Assembly: GCA_014728035.1 (NCBI GenBank)
Contig: WJMJ01000123.1
Span: 32,001-96,000, forward strand
Source of the DNA: Promethearchaeota archaeon
GTDB taxonomy: Archaea; Asgardarchaeota; Thorarchaeia; Thorarchaeales; Thorarchaeaceae
DNA length: 64,000 nucleotides
Direction: 5' to 3'
Shown: piece by piece, positions 19,609 to 28,978 of the stretch
How the letters are laid out: the number at the start of each line of letters is the position of its first letter
Numbering within the stretch: the stretch's first letter is position 1
Notes under the pieces: model-generated
Told to the model about the DNA's origin: nothing
Seen by the model: the letters and a program-made list of their open reading frames with translations, nothing else
Databases searched by the model: none
Translations under genes and position numbers: made by a program

Positions 19609-20180
19609 TACAATCTCCTCTTTGTTCTTGTATCGAGTACTTTCTCAGGCAGTGCAAATTCCATACGTTCGTATCCCCCTACCTCTTCTCCCTCCAGTGC
19701 CCAAAGAACGACAAGATCATTATAGATTTCAAACTCAAGCATGGTATCGATATCTGTAATCTTAGTACCCGCAGGAAAACGCCATATTATTTCAAAATCA
19801 TAGGGAGCAATCTCCTCTTCTAACCATGTTACAATTTTGTTTTCTCCCTCCTTGAATCTTCCTGCGAAATCAATCATGTAAGTCACAGCTACAACATCAC
19901 TAACACCTTTGGGAAAGATATCAACATATACAACATTGGAACGAACTCTTTCTGTATTTATCTCAACTCGTTCTTTATCAAGATAATATTGCATGTTGTC
20001 AGCTAGTTTTTCGATTTCTTTTCCAAATAGTTCCTCGTCACGAAGCACTCGTTTGTAATAACCATCTGGGTCCAAGTATTCAAAGGATAATTTCTCATGT
20101 ATCTCTCCAGATATTGCCACAGAGAAAAATGAATCCGCATGGATAGGTTCAACCATCTCAGAGAGTTCAATCTCGAACAT
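19608..20180 (-). CDS. Conserved archaeal hypothetical protein
   Basis: 190-aa acidic ORF closely packed with its neighbours (1-nt overlap downstream, 4-nt gap upstream). Confidence 0.75.
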   Translation of the reverse strand: MFEIELSEMVEPIHADSFFSVAISGEIHEKLSFEYLDPDGYYKRVLRDEELFGKEIEKLADNMQYYLDKERVEINTERVRSNVVYVDIFPKGVSDVVAVTYMIDFAGRFKEGENKIVTWLEEEIAPYDFEIIWRFPAGTKITDIDTMLEFEIYNDLVVLWALEGEEVGGYERMEFALPEKVLDTRTKRRL

Positions 20181-20184
20181 ATTA

Positions 20185-21189
20185 TCACTCCAGTGGAACA
20201 GCTGTTATACCTTCTTCATGAAGATGAGATGCAAGAATACCCGCATTTCCTGTAAAAACGTATGCTATTCTTGGATCGACATCCTTTGCAAATTGAATCA
20301 AATTTGGAAAGTCAGTATGAGCACTTAGTGGAAAGCCTTTGCCCTTCATTCCTCCGAGTGTCCAGCCGGACAATGAATATGTTAATGCTTTATGTTTAAC
20401 TTCTCGAAATAGGTCAACACCTAAAATTTTCCTGATGTTTGTGAACGTATGTGCAGGTGATGAGCTTACAATAGCACAACCCTCATCAAGGTGGTCAATT
20501 ACATCTCCAGACCGTAATGATACTGCGGTCAATTCAGCACCATGTTTATTGTAAGCCTCATTTACCGAGTCGATTGTTCCATTTCCACTCACCACGGGTA
20601 TTCCTCTATATTGTAATAATGCAATTGCTTCTTGCGCTTTTCCAAGAGAGTATGCTTGGAAAATGGGAATTTTTCCACGATTGATTTCTTCAGTTGCAGT
20701 TTTCAGGATATCAAAGTAAGTCTTCTCCCGTTTAGGAAAAATCCATTCGGGAGACCCATATGTTGCTTCTGTAATGAGTACATCTGCATCTATTGGTACC
20801 GCTGCGTTGTGCACCAAACTATCCTCCACATTGAAGTCTCCCGTATAAAGAACTGATAGGTCATCATCAAACTCAAGCAAGAACATGGTGGAACCCAGAA
20901 CATGTCCTGCATCATAGGCAGTTATTTTGACACCTAGTTGTCCTGTTGATTCACCATAATCAATGATTCTTCTTTCACAGTCAACTTTTCCCTTTCTTGC
21001 TTCAAGTGTATCAAAAGTGCCTTCTGTTGCAATAACACAATGTGCAAGGTCAAGTCGTCCAATATGATCTGCATGTGAATGTGATATGAGTGAGGTTTCG
21101 TTTTGTACTCCCGTATCAAGACCTAATCTTACATGCCCATATTTCAAAAGAAAACCGGTACTTTGTTTCACAAGTTCTAATGTGGGCAT
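20185..21189 (-). CDS. MBL-fold beta-CASP exonuclease (COG1236-like)
   Basis: SHSHADH, AGHVLGS, YTGD, EATYG, YSLGKAQE and SAH motifs. Confidence 0.88.
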   Translation of the reverse strand: MPTLELVKQSTGFLLKYGHVRLGLDTGVQNETSLISHSHADHIGRLDLAHCVIATEGTFDTLEARKGKVDCERRIIDYGESTGQLGVKITAYDAGHVLGSTMFLLEFDDDLSVLYTGDFNVEDSLVHNAAVPIDADVLITEATYGSPEWIFPKREKTYFDILKTATEEINRGKIPIFQAYSLGKAQEAIALLQYRGIPVVSGNGTIDSVNEAYNKHGAELTAVSLRSGDVIDHLDEGCAIVSSSPAHTFTNIRKILGVDLFREVKHKALTYSLSGWTLGGMKGKGFPLSAHTDFPNLIQFAKDVDPRIAYVFTGNAGILASHLHEEGITAVPLE

Positions 21190-21261
21190 AGATTAAATTC
21201 GTCCTATCTGTGCTTTGTCATCCAAATATAAAACCAATATGACTCTCTCGTTATGACAGCG

Positions 21262-22146
21262 TCAGAGATTTTTTCTATATAGGTCCAATTCTTGAATTTC
21301 TGCCTTAGTTTGTAACATTTCCTCCATCATGTCTATCATTTGCATCTGCTCTTTTCCAACGATGGGAAGTTCAATGGAATTCACGTTTCCTAGTTTGTTT
21401 ACTATAATACGAAGTGAATCATCTATGGAAACATCTTTACTAATGAATAATGGTGAAATAATGCCGGTCTCTGCTATTCTCAACAAACCTGCAGAAGCAA
21501 CAACTACATCTTCAATAGTCCGAGTATGAAACGAGTTGCTTTTGAGCATAATATCTCTCAATAACCAGACTTGTGAGAAGTTCAGTCCTGTTTCTTTTCT
21601 AAGATCCCACATAAGTTTTCGACTACCGTCTATGTTCGGTTTTTTGTCCCAAGGGCTGTACTCATTATTTTCAGGAATGATGATATCTTCTAATGTAGCT
21701 TTGTAGAGGATGTCGGTTTTTTCGAAATTTAGAGTTTCAAGTGATTTTGCTGTCCAACATGCTAGCTCGGTTGATATGGGGAATGGAAGATTTGTGGTAT
21801 CATCTGAAGGATTTACGATTGCATCCACATTCCTTATTGCCATACTTTTGAAAAATGGAAGTGATGATTTAATCAGGTGTGCTACGACTCCTTTCCTGAA
21901 TGTTTTCTCCAAAGACAAAAATACTAGAGCCATTGCTAATCGGACTCTATCTCTGTAGACTGCGGTACCTCCGATGTTTTTACCCTCAACTGATGAAATG
22001 AAATACATACTGTCTTCAAGCTGCATAAACTCAACTGCATATTCAGTAAATAGACTTCTCTTCTGACTATCTGGACAACATACTTCAATCCAGGTTTCAA
22101 TCTCATCAGACCGCAATCGTCTATTATACATCACAGGATCTGTCAT
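21262..22146 (-). CDS. Hypothetical protein, possible tandem GNAT-like fold
   Basis: EGKNIGGTAV...LEKTFRKGVVAHLI...LNFE pattern; ATGA overlap with mer. Confidence 0.55.
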   Translation of the reverse strand: MTDPVMYNRRLRSDEIETWIEVCCPDSQKRSLFTEYAVEFMQLEDSMYFISSVEGKNIGGTAVYRDRVRLAMALVFLSLEKTFRKGVVAHLIKSSLPFFKSMAIRNVDAIVNPSDDTTNLPFPISTELACWTAKSLETLNFEKTDILYKATLEDIIIPENNEYSPWDKKPNIDGSRKLMWDLRKETGLNFSQVWLLRDIMLKSNSFHTRTIEDVVVASAGLLRIAETGIISPLFISKDVSIDDSLRIIVNKLGNVNSIELPIVGKEQMQMIDMMEEMLQTKAEIQELDLYRKNL

Positions 22147-23219
22147 GAGTAATCCCTCTCACGAAAAATAGGGATTATTTCTTTTCCTATTTTCTCTATA
22201 GCTTTTCTTTTATCAGGCCCAATAGGTGATCCTACAATGAAATGGGTTACCCCTACATCTTCCATTTCATGAATCCGATTTATGCAGAACTCCTTATCTC
22301 CTACAATTGCAAAGGCATCAATCATTTCATCCGTGATTAAACTATCAAGGTCTCCATACCTTTTTTCTGATAGTGCGTTTTTAACGGCATCACATTGCTC
22401 GAAATTGAGACTATGGCGTTCAAGAACCGAACTTGGAGAACCTGCAACAATGAAAGCAACAACCATTTTTGTATCACCCTTTAGTGCATCTTGATAGCTG
22501 TCTGCAATACTGAAAGCTGTATATGCTCCGATATCCAAATCCTTGATATCTCGCCCAGATTGATTTACTCCCTCTTTTATGAGTTTCATTGCAATCTCGA
22601 TGTCTTTTGGATGACTCGCATTGGTGAGGATGCCATCTGCTAGAGTAGCAGTTTTTTTCAGCATCATCGGTCCTTGTGCACCAGCATAAATTGGAATTCT
22701 TCTTCCACTAATAACCTCCTTTCCGTCCTTCAGGATTCTCTTGCCATCCTTGTCAACTTGATGTTCCTTCTTTACATGGGATAGTTTTGCTCCACGAATA
22801 TCAAACACACGTCCATGAAATCTTACCCTTTCACCATTGATGAGCTTTCTCAAAATTTGAATTCCCTCAATGACTGTCGTGACAGGTAGATTCCATTGTA
22901 TTCCCAATGTTTCCAGAGTCATTCTGTCTCCAGCGCCCAATCCAACTGCTGTTCTCCCTTCAGTCAGCTCATCAATAGTAACTATTGCTGCAGCTGAAAG
23001 AGCTGGACTTGTATGAAATGGATTAGTAACACCCGGACCAATGGTTACTTTACTAGTATTCAATGCAATTGCTGTCAGAGTTACCCATAGGTTACGATTA
23101 TTGAAGTGGTCAGTAATCCAGATGTTATCAAATCCCACAGATTCCGCTATTTTTGACCAATTTACTATTTGATTCACTGGCTCATCTGGTACAAATTCAA
23201 TTCCAAATCGCAAAGACAA
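22143..23219 (-). CDS. mer: F420-dependent 5,10-methylene-H4MPT reductase (LLM family)
   Basis: FGIEFVP, WITDHFNNRN, IGPGVTNP, GAGD, GAQGPMML and NASHPKD are hallmark Mer motifs. Confidence 0.9.
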   Translation of the reverse strand: MSLRFGIEFVPDEPVNQIVNWSKIAESVGFDNIWITDHFNNRNLWVTLTAIALNTSKVTIGPGVTNPFHTSPALSAAAIVTIDELTEGRTAVGLGAGDRMTLETLGIQWNLPVTTVIEGIQILRKLINGERVRFHGRVFDIRGAKLSHVKKEHQVDKDGKRILKDGKEVISGRRIPIYAGAQGPMMLKKTATLADGILTNASHPKDIEIAMKLIKEGVNQSGRDIKDLDIGAYTAFSIADSYQDALKGDTKMVVAFIVAGSPSSVLERHSLNFEQCDAVKNALSEKRYGDLDSLITDEMIDAFAIVGDKEFCINRIHEMEDVGVTHFIVGSPIGPDKRKAIEKIGKEIIPIFRERDYS

Positions 23220-23348
23220 TCAGCTCCTGAGAAGGTGCAATGCAATCTTTGAAACATATTTATTCTTGATAAGATTATGGCACTTTTGATGCTCTATATC
23301 GCAATCCTTATCCTTTTGGATGCTTAGTCTTTCGTATATTTACTTGAG

Positions 23349-24347
23349 GTGGAAATAATACAAAGTTTGATTCTTACAGATGATGGGCTCCATCTTGCAG
23401 ACGTTCCAATTCCGAGTCTACTTCCAGGAGAGATTAAAATTGAAGTTCGGTATGTTGGCTTATGTGGGACTGATGTTTCAATATGGAAAGGCGACCATAA
23501 TGTAAATCTCCCTCTGGTATTAGGACACGAATTTACAGGCGTAATTCACCAAAGTACTATTCCACAATTCAAGGTAGGCAGTTTAGTCACCGCTGAAACA
23601 GCCATCTCATGTGGCTCCTGTTGGTATTGTACTAACAATATGACTAGACATTGCAAAAAACGTGAGACCCTCGGAATCACTACTGATGGTGCTCTCTCGG
23701 AATTTCTGACAGTACCCTCTGAGATTGTTCATGTATTACCTCCCGATATTGATTCTGTTTCAGGAACCTTTGTAGAGCCTATTGCTTCTGCTATTCAAAC
23801 TCGTATTAAGACTCCAGTTGATGATGGTGAACCAATGGTGATAATTGGGTGTGGAAAACTAGGACTCATCATTGCTCAGGTGTATGATGCTGTAGGAGCT
23901 GAAGTATATCTTCTTGATAAGAATCCATGGAAACTAGGTCTTGCAAAACAACTTGGATTTCGTCGTACTATAGATGTCACAACAGCTGATTGGTCATCTG
24001 CAATTCTAGATGAAACATACGGTGTAGGTCCACGGGTTGTAGTCGAAGCAACTGGAACCGCAAAAGGACTTGATATGGCATTGGATATCGTTCGGAACAA
24101 TGGTGTTATCGCACTAAAGAGTAAACATAGTGATAGATCGAGCATTGATCCCAGTCAACTTGCTGCTCGTGAGGTGCAATTGCAGGGTTCTGCAGACGGA
24201 CCATTTGACATTGCTATTGATATGCTTAACAAGGGTAGAATTGAGGTTAAACGCTTAGTTACAAAGCATTTTCCACTTGAGGACTCCCAGAAAGCTTTTG
24301 AGTATGCTGCAAAACCAGATGTCAATAAGGTCATCATAGGTATTTGA
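23349..24347 (+). CDS. Zn-dependent (MDR) alcohol/sugar dehydrogenase
   Basis: GLCGTD, LGHEFTG, structural Zn site CGSCWYC...C, GCGKLG. Confidence 0.9.
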   Translation: MEIIQSLILTDDGLHLADVPIPSLLPGEIKIEVRYVGLCGTDVSIWKGDHNVNLPLVLGHEFTGVIHQSTIPQFKVGSLVTAETAISCGSCWYCTNNMTRHCKKRETLGITTDGALSEFLTVPSEIVHVLPPDIDSVSGTFVEPIASAIQTRIKTPVDDGEPMVIIGCGKLGLIIAQVYDAVGAEVYLLDKNPWKLGLAKQLGFRRTIDVTTADWSSAILDETYGVGPRVVVEATGTAKGLDMALDIVRNNGVIALKSKHSDRSSIDPSQLAAREVQLQGSADGPFDIAIDMLNKGRIEVKRLVTKHFPLEDSQKAFEYAAKPDVNKVIIGI

Positions 24348-24350
24348 AGT

Positions 24351-25634
24351 GTGGTAGTTTTGGAAGAATATACTGTCGATTTACACATTCATAGTCTCCA
24401 TTCAATTGGAGTAAGCAATAAAATGACAATACCAAATTTAGCAAAGGGTGCTGAACAAAAAGGAATTCGCATTTTGGGCACCGGTGACGCGACCCAGCCA
24501 GATTGGTTAGATCATATTAAGAAAACACTTCATCAAAACGATGGATATTTGGAATATGATTCCACTATCTTTCTTCCAACTGTTGAGTTTGAAGATGAAG
24601 AATCAATACATCATGTTATCCTTCTTCCGAATTTAGAATCTGTTGACAGACTAAGAAACCTTGTGAAATCTGATTCACCCAATTTGGATGACGAATGGGG
24701 TGGTCGACCAAGGGTGAATCTTGGTGGTGAAGAAATTGCTGGACATGTTCGTGATGTAGGAGGAATGATAGGCCCAGCTCATGCTTTTACTCCCTTTAAA
24801 GCAATATTTCGTGAAAACAAACATGATAGTCTCGAAAGTTGTTATGCGTCTGAAACAGAGAATATCCATTTTATCGAACTTGGACTATCAGCAGACAGTG
24901 AAACTGCAGATTATATCCCCGAACTGAGAAAACTAACATATATAACATCAAGCGATGCTCACTCTCCGACTCCTAACAAGCTTGGTAGGGAATTCGTGCA
25001 ATTTGTTATGAAAGATCCCAGCTTTGAAGAACTAAAGAAAGCAATTATTCGAAACGGGGGGAGAAAACCAACTTTGAATCTTGGATTCAATCCCCGCTTA
25101 GGAAAATACTTCCTTTCATTCTGTTCCTCTTGTCGAAAGACCCTAGTTATCAAAGATGGAGATGCTCCTCCATCGTTCGACGAATTAAATGTATATTTCA
25201 GCTGCAAAAACGAAGAGGACGCACGGAATCTTATTGATGGTATTCATAGGAGAAAAATATTCTGTCCAGACTGTGGAAAAAAAATGCGGCTTGGAGTTAG
25301 AGACCGGGCAAGGATGATTGGCGAATTGGAGAGCAAGAAACCCACTCATAGACCTCCTTATCTCTATATTCCTCCTCTTCTAGACCTTATCTCCACAGCA
25401 ATTGGTGTGAAGTCAACAAGTTCCAAATCCGTCAGAAATCTATATGGGAAAATTATCGAATCAATGGGGCCGGAATCTTCAGTTCTTACAAAAGGCTCAA
25501 TTGAGTTACTTAAGGAACATGATGAGCGGTTGGCAAAAATAGTTCATGCCTATCGTAATGGTGATGTTAGCTATATATCTGGTGGCGGAGGTAGATACGG
25601 TAAAATAATAGCACCTTGGGAGTCTCAAAAATGA
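24351..25634 (+). CDS. endoQ: Endonuclease Q family (TIGR00375, PHP domain + Zn finger)
   Basis: DLHIHS, GTGD, GRP, PAHAFTP, ELGLSAD, SDAHSP, LGRE, GKY, CxxC...CPxCG, GVRDR, GGGGRYG. Confidence 0.9.
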   Translation: MVVLEEYTVDLHIHSLHSIGVSNKMTIPNLAKGAEQKGIRILGTGDATQPDWLDHIKKTLHQNDGYLEYDSTIFLPTVEFEDEESIHHVILLPNLESVDRLRNLVKSDSPNLDDEWGGRPRVNLGGEEIAGHVRDVGGMIGPAHAFTPFKAIFRENKHDSLESCYASETENIHFIELGLSADSETADYIPELRKLTYITSSDAHSPTPNKLGREFVQFVMKDPSFEELKKAIIRNGGRKPTLNLGFNPRLGKYFLSFCSSCRKTLVIKDGDAPPSFDELNVYFSCKNEEDARNLIDGIHRRKIFCPDCGKKMRLGVRDRARMIGELESKKPTHRPPYLYIPPLLDLISTAIGVKSTSSKSVRNLYGKIIESMGPESSVLTKGSIELLKEHDERLAKIVHAYRNGDVSYISGGGGRYGKIIAPWESQK

Positions 25635-25939
25635 CAGTGGTTAAAGGCGTTATCCGCGAGGTTGGAAAGAGTAGCGCAATGCGGATTTCTGCTAGAAGAT
25701 GGCATGCTTCAACACAAATAGTTGTTCAAGATCCAGAAACAAAGAAGACGTACAGTGTTAGAGTTTCATCAAAGACAATGGATCGTTGCCGTTTCCTTCC
25801 AAGAGTAGGTATCCCTGTTGTGATTCATGGTTATGTTGAAGAAGCAGAATTTGGACTCTCAGACTTTGTGGTTTCGAGGGTCACTCACATCAAACGTCAG
25901 GGTGCAGGCATTACAGATGTTCACTCGTTCGATGATTGA
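25631..25939 (+). CDS. Small OB-fold-like protein
   Basis: ATGA overlap with EndoQ; VKGVI...IVVQD...VRV...VGIPVVIHGYV OB-fold strand pattern. Confidence 0.6.
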   Translation: MTVVKGVIREVGKSSAMRISARRWHASTQIVVQDPETKKTYSVRVSSKTMDRCRFLPRVGIPVVIHGYVEEAEFGLSDFVVSRVTHIKRQGAGITDVHSFDD

Positions 25940-25947
25940 CATATTGT

Positions 25948-26262
25948 TTACTGCTCAACGATAATAAAAGATGGTGGTAAAATCCACTCTGATTTGCATT
26001 TGGGGCAACGAGATGGTTTCTTGACACTTCTTCTTCCTTTAAACTCGAACTGGCATTTCCCACATGTAGGAGTTCGAGCTACGAGTTGCTTACCATCATT
26101 TTGAACCGATTTTGCAATATGCTTCAAATCTTCAGTAACTAGCGACCTCTGTGGAATTTCAAGAATTTGACAAATCTCAGTGACTGTTAGTGGATGTTCG
26201 ATTTCTTCCAGAAGTTCGGTAATTCTCTGCCTACGAGTCTGCATCTTGTGAAAATCTCTCAT
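25948..26262 (-). CDS. HTH + Zn-ribbon transcriptional regulator (COG3357-like)
   Basis: TRRQRI, EDLKHIAKS, CGKCQFEF...KKPSRCPKCKSEWI. Confidence 0.88.
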   Translation of the reverse strand: MRDFHKMQTRRQRITELLEEIEHPLTVTEICQILEIPQRSLVTEDLKHIAKSVQNDGKQLVARTPTCGKCQFEFKGRRSVKKPSRCPKCKSEWILPPSFIIVEQ

Positions 26263-26352
26263 TGGATTGTTGCACTATTCTTTGTAGCTGTACAATCATT
26301 TGAACAGTGTGTTCAAAACGTAGTGTGATATACTATTAAATCTACTATTGTC

Positions 26353-27096
26353 TTGATTATTATGAAGGAGTATAGTGATGGATTCAGTAGGACTGCAATA
26401 ACTCTTGTTGTAATTGCTGTCGTTATTTCATCTGGAATTCTTGTTGTTTCCCTGATGCAACCAAACGGGAATACGACTACTACAACGACTACTACTACCA
26501 CAGCAACCAACAATGGTGCTGGATATGGTTCAGCTGCAGTTGACTATATTGAGAGTAGACGAGATGATGTTGTCTTCTATTGGTCAAGTAACAACACACT
26601 GGTTAATGAAGACCTTAGCTCATATTATCAAGCTACAGAGCCTTCTGCTTTTGTTGATGGTGTATTTATCAATCAGACTGAAAGCGGAGCTGACATCAGT
26701 GTGTTATTTTCCCCGTATCATGAAAATATTGTTGGTGAGGGATCAATTGATTCTGATACCTATGAAACCATGAATGGAGCTCTTCTAGATGAGGGAATTG
26801 GCCTTATGGAGGATGCTTCAACTCATCCTAGCAGTTTTCCGTCAACATGGCCAATCGAACTGTACATCTACATATTTTTTGATGACAATACCTTTTTCTA
26901 TCTAGGACACACCAGCAGTGATGGATATGTCTTCATTCGAAATGGTACGTGGGATGGATTTACATCAGGTGGTGATCCATCTATTACTGGATTTGTTGGT
27001 GATGGACATTGGCTGATTGAAGGAGGTCATCTACAAACTGGAATTTCCTCTCTCTATTCAGTAATTACTAACAATGTTGATTATCCCGAAGCATGA
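26353..27096 (+). CDS. Membrane-anchored extracellular protein with poly-Thr linker
   Basis: N-terminal TM (DGFSRTAITLVVIAVVISSGILVV), a run of 11 Thr, then an acidic globular domain. Confidence 0.8.
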   Translation: MIIMKEYSDGFSRTAITLVVIAVVISSGILVVSLMQPNGNTTTTTTTTTTATNNGAGYGSAAVDYIESRRDDVVFYWSSNNTLVNEDLSSYYQATEPSAFVDGVFINQTESGADISVLFSPYHENIVGEGSIDSDTYETMNGALLDEGIGLMEDASTHPSSFPSTWPIELYIYIFFDDNTFFYLGHTSSDGYVFIRNGTWDGFTSGGDPSITGFVGDGHWLIEGGHLQTGISSLYSVITNNVDYPEA

Positions 27097-27120
27097 ATAT
27101 GCGACTGAAATCAATTCAGA

Positions 27121-27579
27121 TTGTTGAATCATGGGGATGAGGTAGTGAAACGGGAAACCATCTACAAGCTTGTGAAGGGCAGGACAATGAGTGTCTATGC
27201 CCTTCTACTCACCAATGAAAAGATGGGAGTACGGGAGATACAACGCGAATTGGGATTTTCAAGTCCCAGTTTAGCTCTCCACCACTTGACTAAGCTTATT
27301 GATTTAGAACTTATTGATAAAGATGAACACGGAGAATATTTTGTTACAAAGACTGTTCGGGTTGGCTCGCTATCTCTTTTCGTTCGTATAGGGCAGAAAT
27401 TGTTACCTAGATTTCTCTTTCTTATCGTTTTTGTTGCAAGTATGTTATTCCTGTATACGGCATTTTTCGTATCTACCCCTGTCGAAGGAAAAGATATCAT
27501 GTTCTATTCGTTATGCTTCATCTTCTTCATCGTGGTGGCTTATGAAACAAAACGTATCTGGAATTTGAAACCCGTCTAA
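27121..27579 (+). CDS. Winged-helix DNA-binding protein with two C-terminal TM helices
   Basis: GVREIQRELGFSSPSLALHHLTKL wHTH followed by 2 TM segments. Confidence 0.85.
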   Translation: MLNHGDEVVKRETIYKLVKGRTMSVYALLLTNEKMGVREIQRELGFSSPSLALHHLTKLIDLELIDKDEHGEYFVTKTVRVGSLSLFVRIGQKLLPRFLFLIVFVASMLFLYTAFFVSTPVEGKDIMFYSLCFIFFIVVAYETKRIWNLKPV

Positions 27580-27658
27580 ACTCATTGGAATTGAGTGATA
27601 TGTCTAAATATTTAGATGATTCAATCTTATATTATATCATTAATAGAGCGAGGAATCT

Positions 27659-28918
27659 ATGTCCCAGAGTAAATTAGAACACACTCACCAGAGTAGTCTA
27701 TCATTCAATGATAGGGTGTGTGCTAAATGTATGGGACATCGTTCACTATGTGGTGTCAAGCCTTGTCCATTACTTATGCGAGCTAAGTCTCTGGTAAATC
27801 TAGACACCTCACTACGAGGTCTTGACTTGATTGGATCCTCACCACCTTCGGTATTCGTTGGATCTTATGGATATCCTAAAGTATTGATGGGGCCCTTAGT
27901 TCCACCTGTACGCGGTAGGGAAACTGAACTAATGGAACGACCTGATCTTTGGCTAACCAAATCTCTTGACCAAATTCTCTCGATCCGATTCAAGCTAGTT
28001 AGAACAAAATCTAGAATTCCTGTCCGTGAGCCAGTAGACCCTTCCAGGCTCCTTCATGATACACAGACTTTAGCCTTATCCGAGAAACCTACTGATTCGG
28101 ATGCCACACTTCTGAAACGACCCAAGTTTACTAGTGTTTTCTCTGACAGAACCCTTCCAATTGGTCCTTCTGCACCTCTTGAAAAATTTCGACTGGAAGA
28201 CAATCCTAGTGTTCCACGAAAAGTTGACAAGGTCACTTCTGATACTGATTTCAAAGCAGCTCCAGGTATAGTAGAATTATTTGACGAAGGGATTAAACAG
28301 GAACACATTACTAGGTTATTATCGGTTGGTCTACTAGGTCAGAGAAAAGCACGAAAATTGGTTCCAACTGAGTGGAGTATAACTGCTATTGATGACATTG
28401 TTGGAAAGGAATTACACAAACGAGTACTACGACTGCCATGGATTAATGATTACTATGTCTTAGGAGACTATGCACTAGGAAATACAGTAGTTCTTCTATT
28501 CATGCCACGTGCATGGCAATTTGAAGCACTTGAGTGTTGGCTTTATGGAAAGAATTCCAACGTCATTAGCGATCACGAATTTTCAAAGGGTCGAACAACT
28601 TATGCAAAGAATGTAGTTGGTGCTTACTATGCGACGCGACTCCCCTCTTTAGAGTATCTTACGAGCATCCGTCGTCAGGCTGGGGTAATTGTCTTTATGG
28701 AGATCAATCCTCAAAAATGGGTGCCATTGGGAGTATGGCGTTTTCGCGAGATTGCTAGAAGAGCACTAACAAGAAAACCTCGAAGATACTCCACCTTAGA
28801 AGAAGCTATCTCTGAGGTGAGTAACTATCTTCGAAATCCAATAGAGAATTATCTCAATTCTTCAGTCTTATACAAAGAAGTCAAATCACAAACTATTCTT
28901 CCTGACTTCTTTACCTAG
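27659..28918 (+). CDS. nreA: Nre-family DNA repair protein (DUF650/DUF651) with C-terminal PIP box
   Basis: CAKC...LCG...CP, GSSPPSVFVGSYGYPKV, LVPTEWSITA, GAYYATRL, PLGVW; terminal QTILPDFF PCNA-interacting motif. Confidence 0.92.
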   Translation: MSQSKLEHTHQSSLSFNDRVCAKCMGHRSLCGVKPCPLLMRAKSLVNLDTSLRGLDLIGSSPPSVFVGSYGYPKVLMGPLVPPVRGRETELMERPDLWLTKSLDQILSIRFKLVRTKSRIPVREPVDPSRLLHDTQTLALSEKPTDSDATLLKRPKFTSVFSDRTLPIGPSAPLEKFRLEDNPSVPRKVDKVTSDTDFKAAPGIVELFDEGIKQEHITRLLSVGLLGQRKARKLVPTEWSITAIDDIVGKELHKRVLRLPWINDYYVLGDYALGNTVVLLFMPRAWQFEALECWLYGKNSNVISDHEFSKGRTTYAKNVVGAYYATRLPSLEYLTSIRRQAGVIVFMEINPQKWVPLGVWRFREIARRALTRKPRRYSTLEEAISEVSNYLRNPIENYLNSSVLYKEVKSQTILPDFFT

Positions 28919-28978
28919 AGCATTCTTCTATATGAATCGTACATCTCTTTTATCTATGCATTCCATCTCACTATTATT

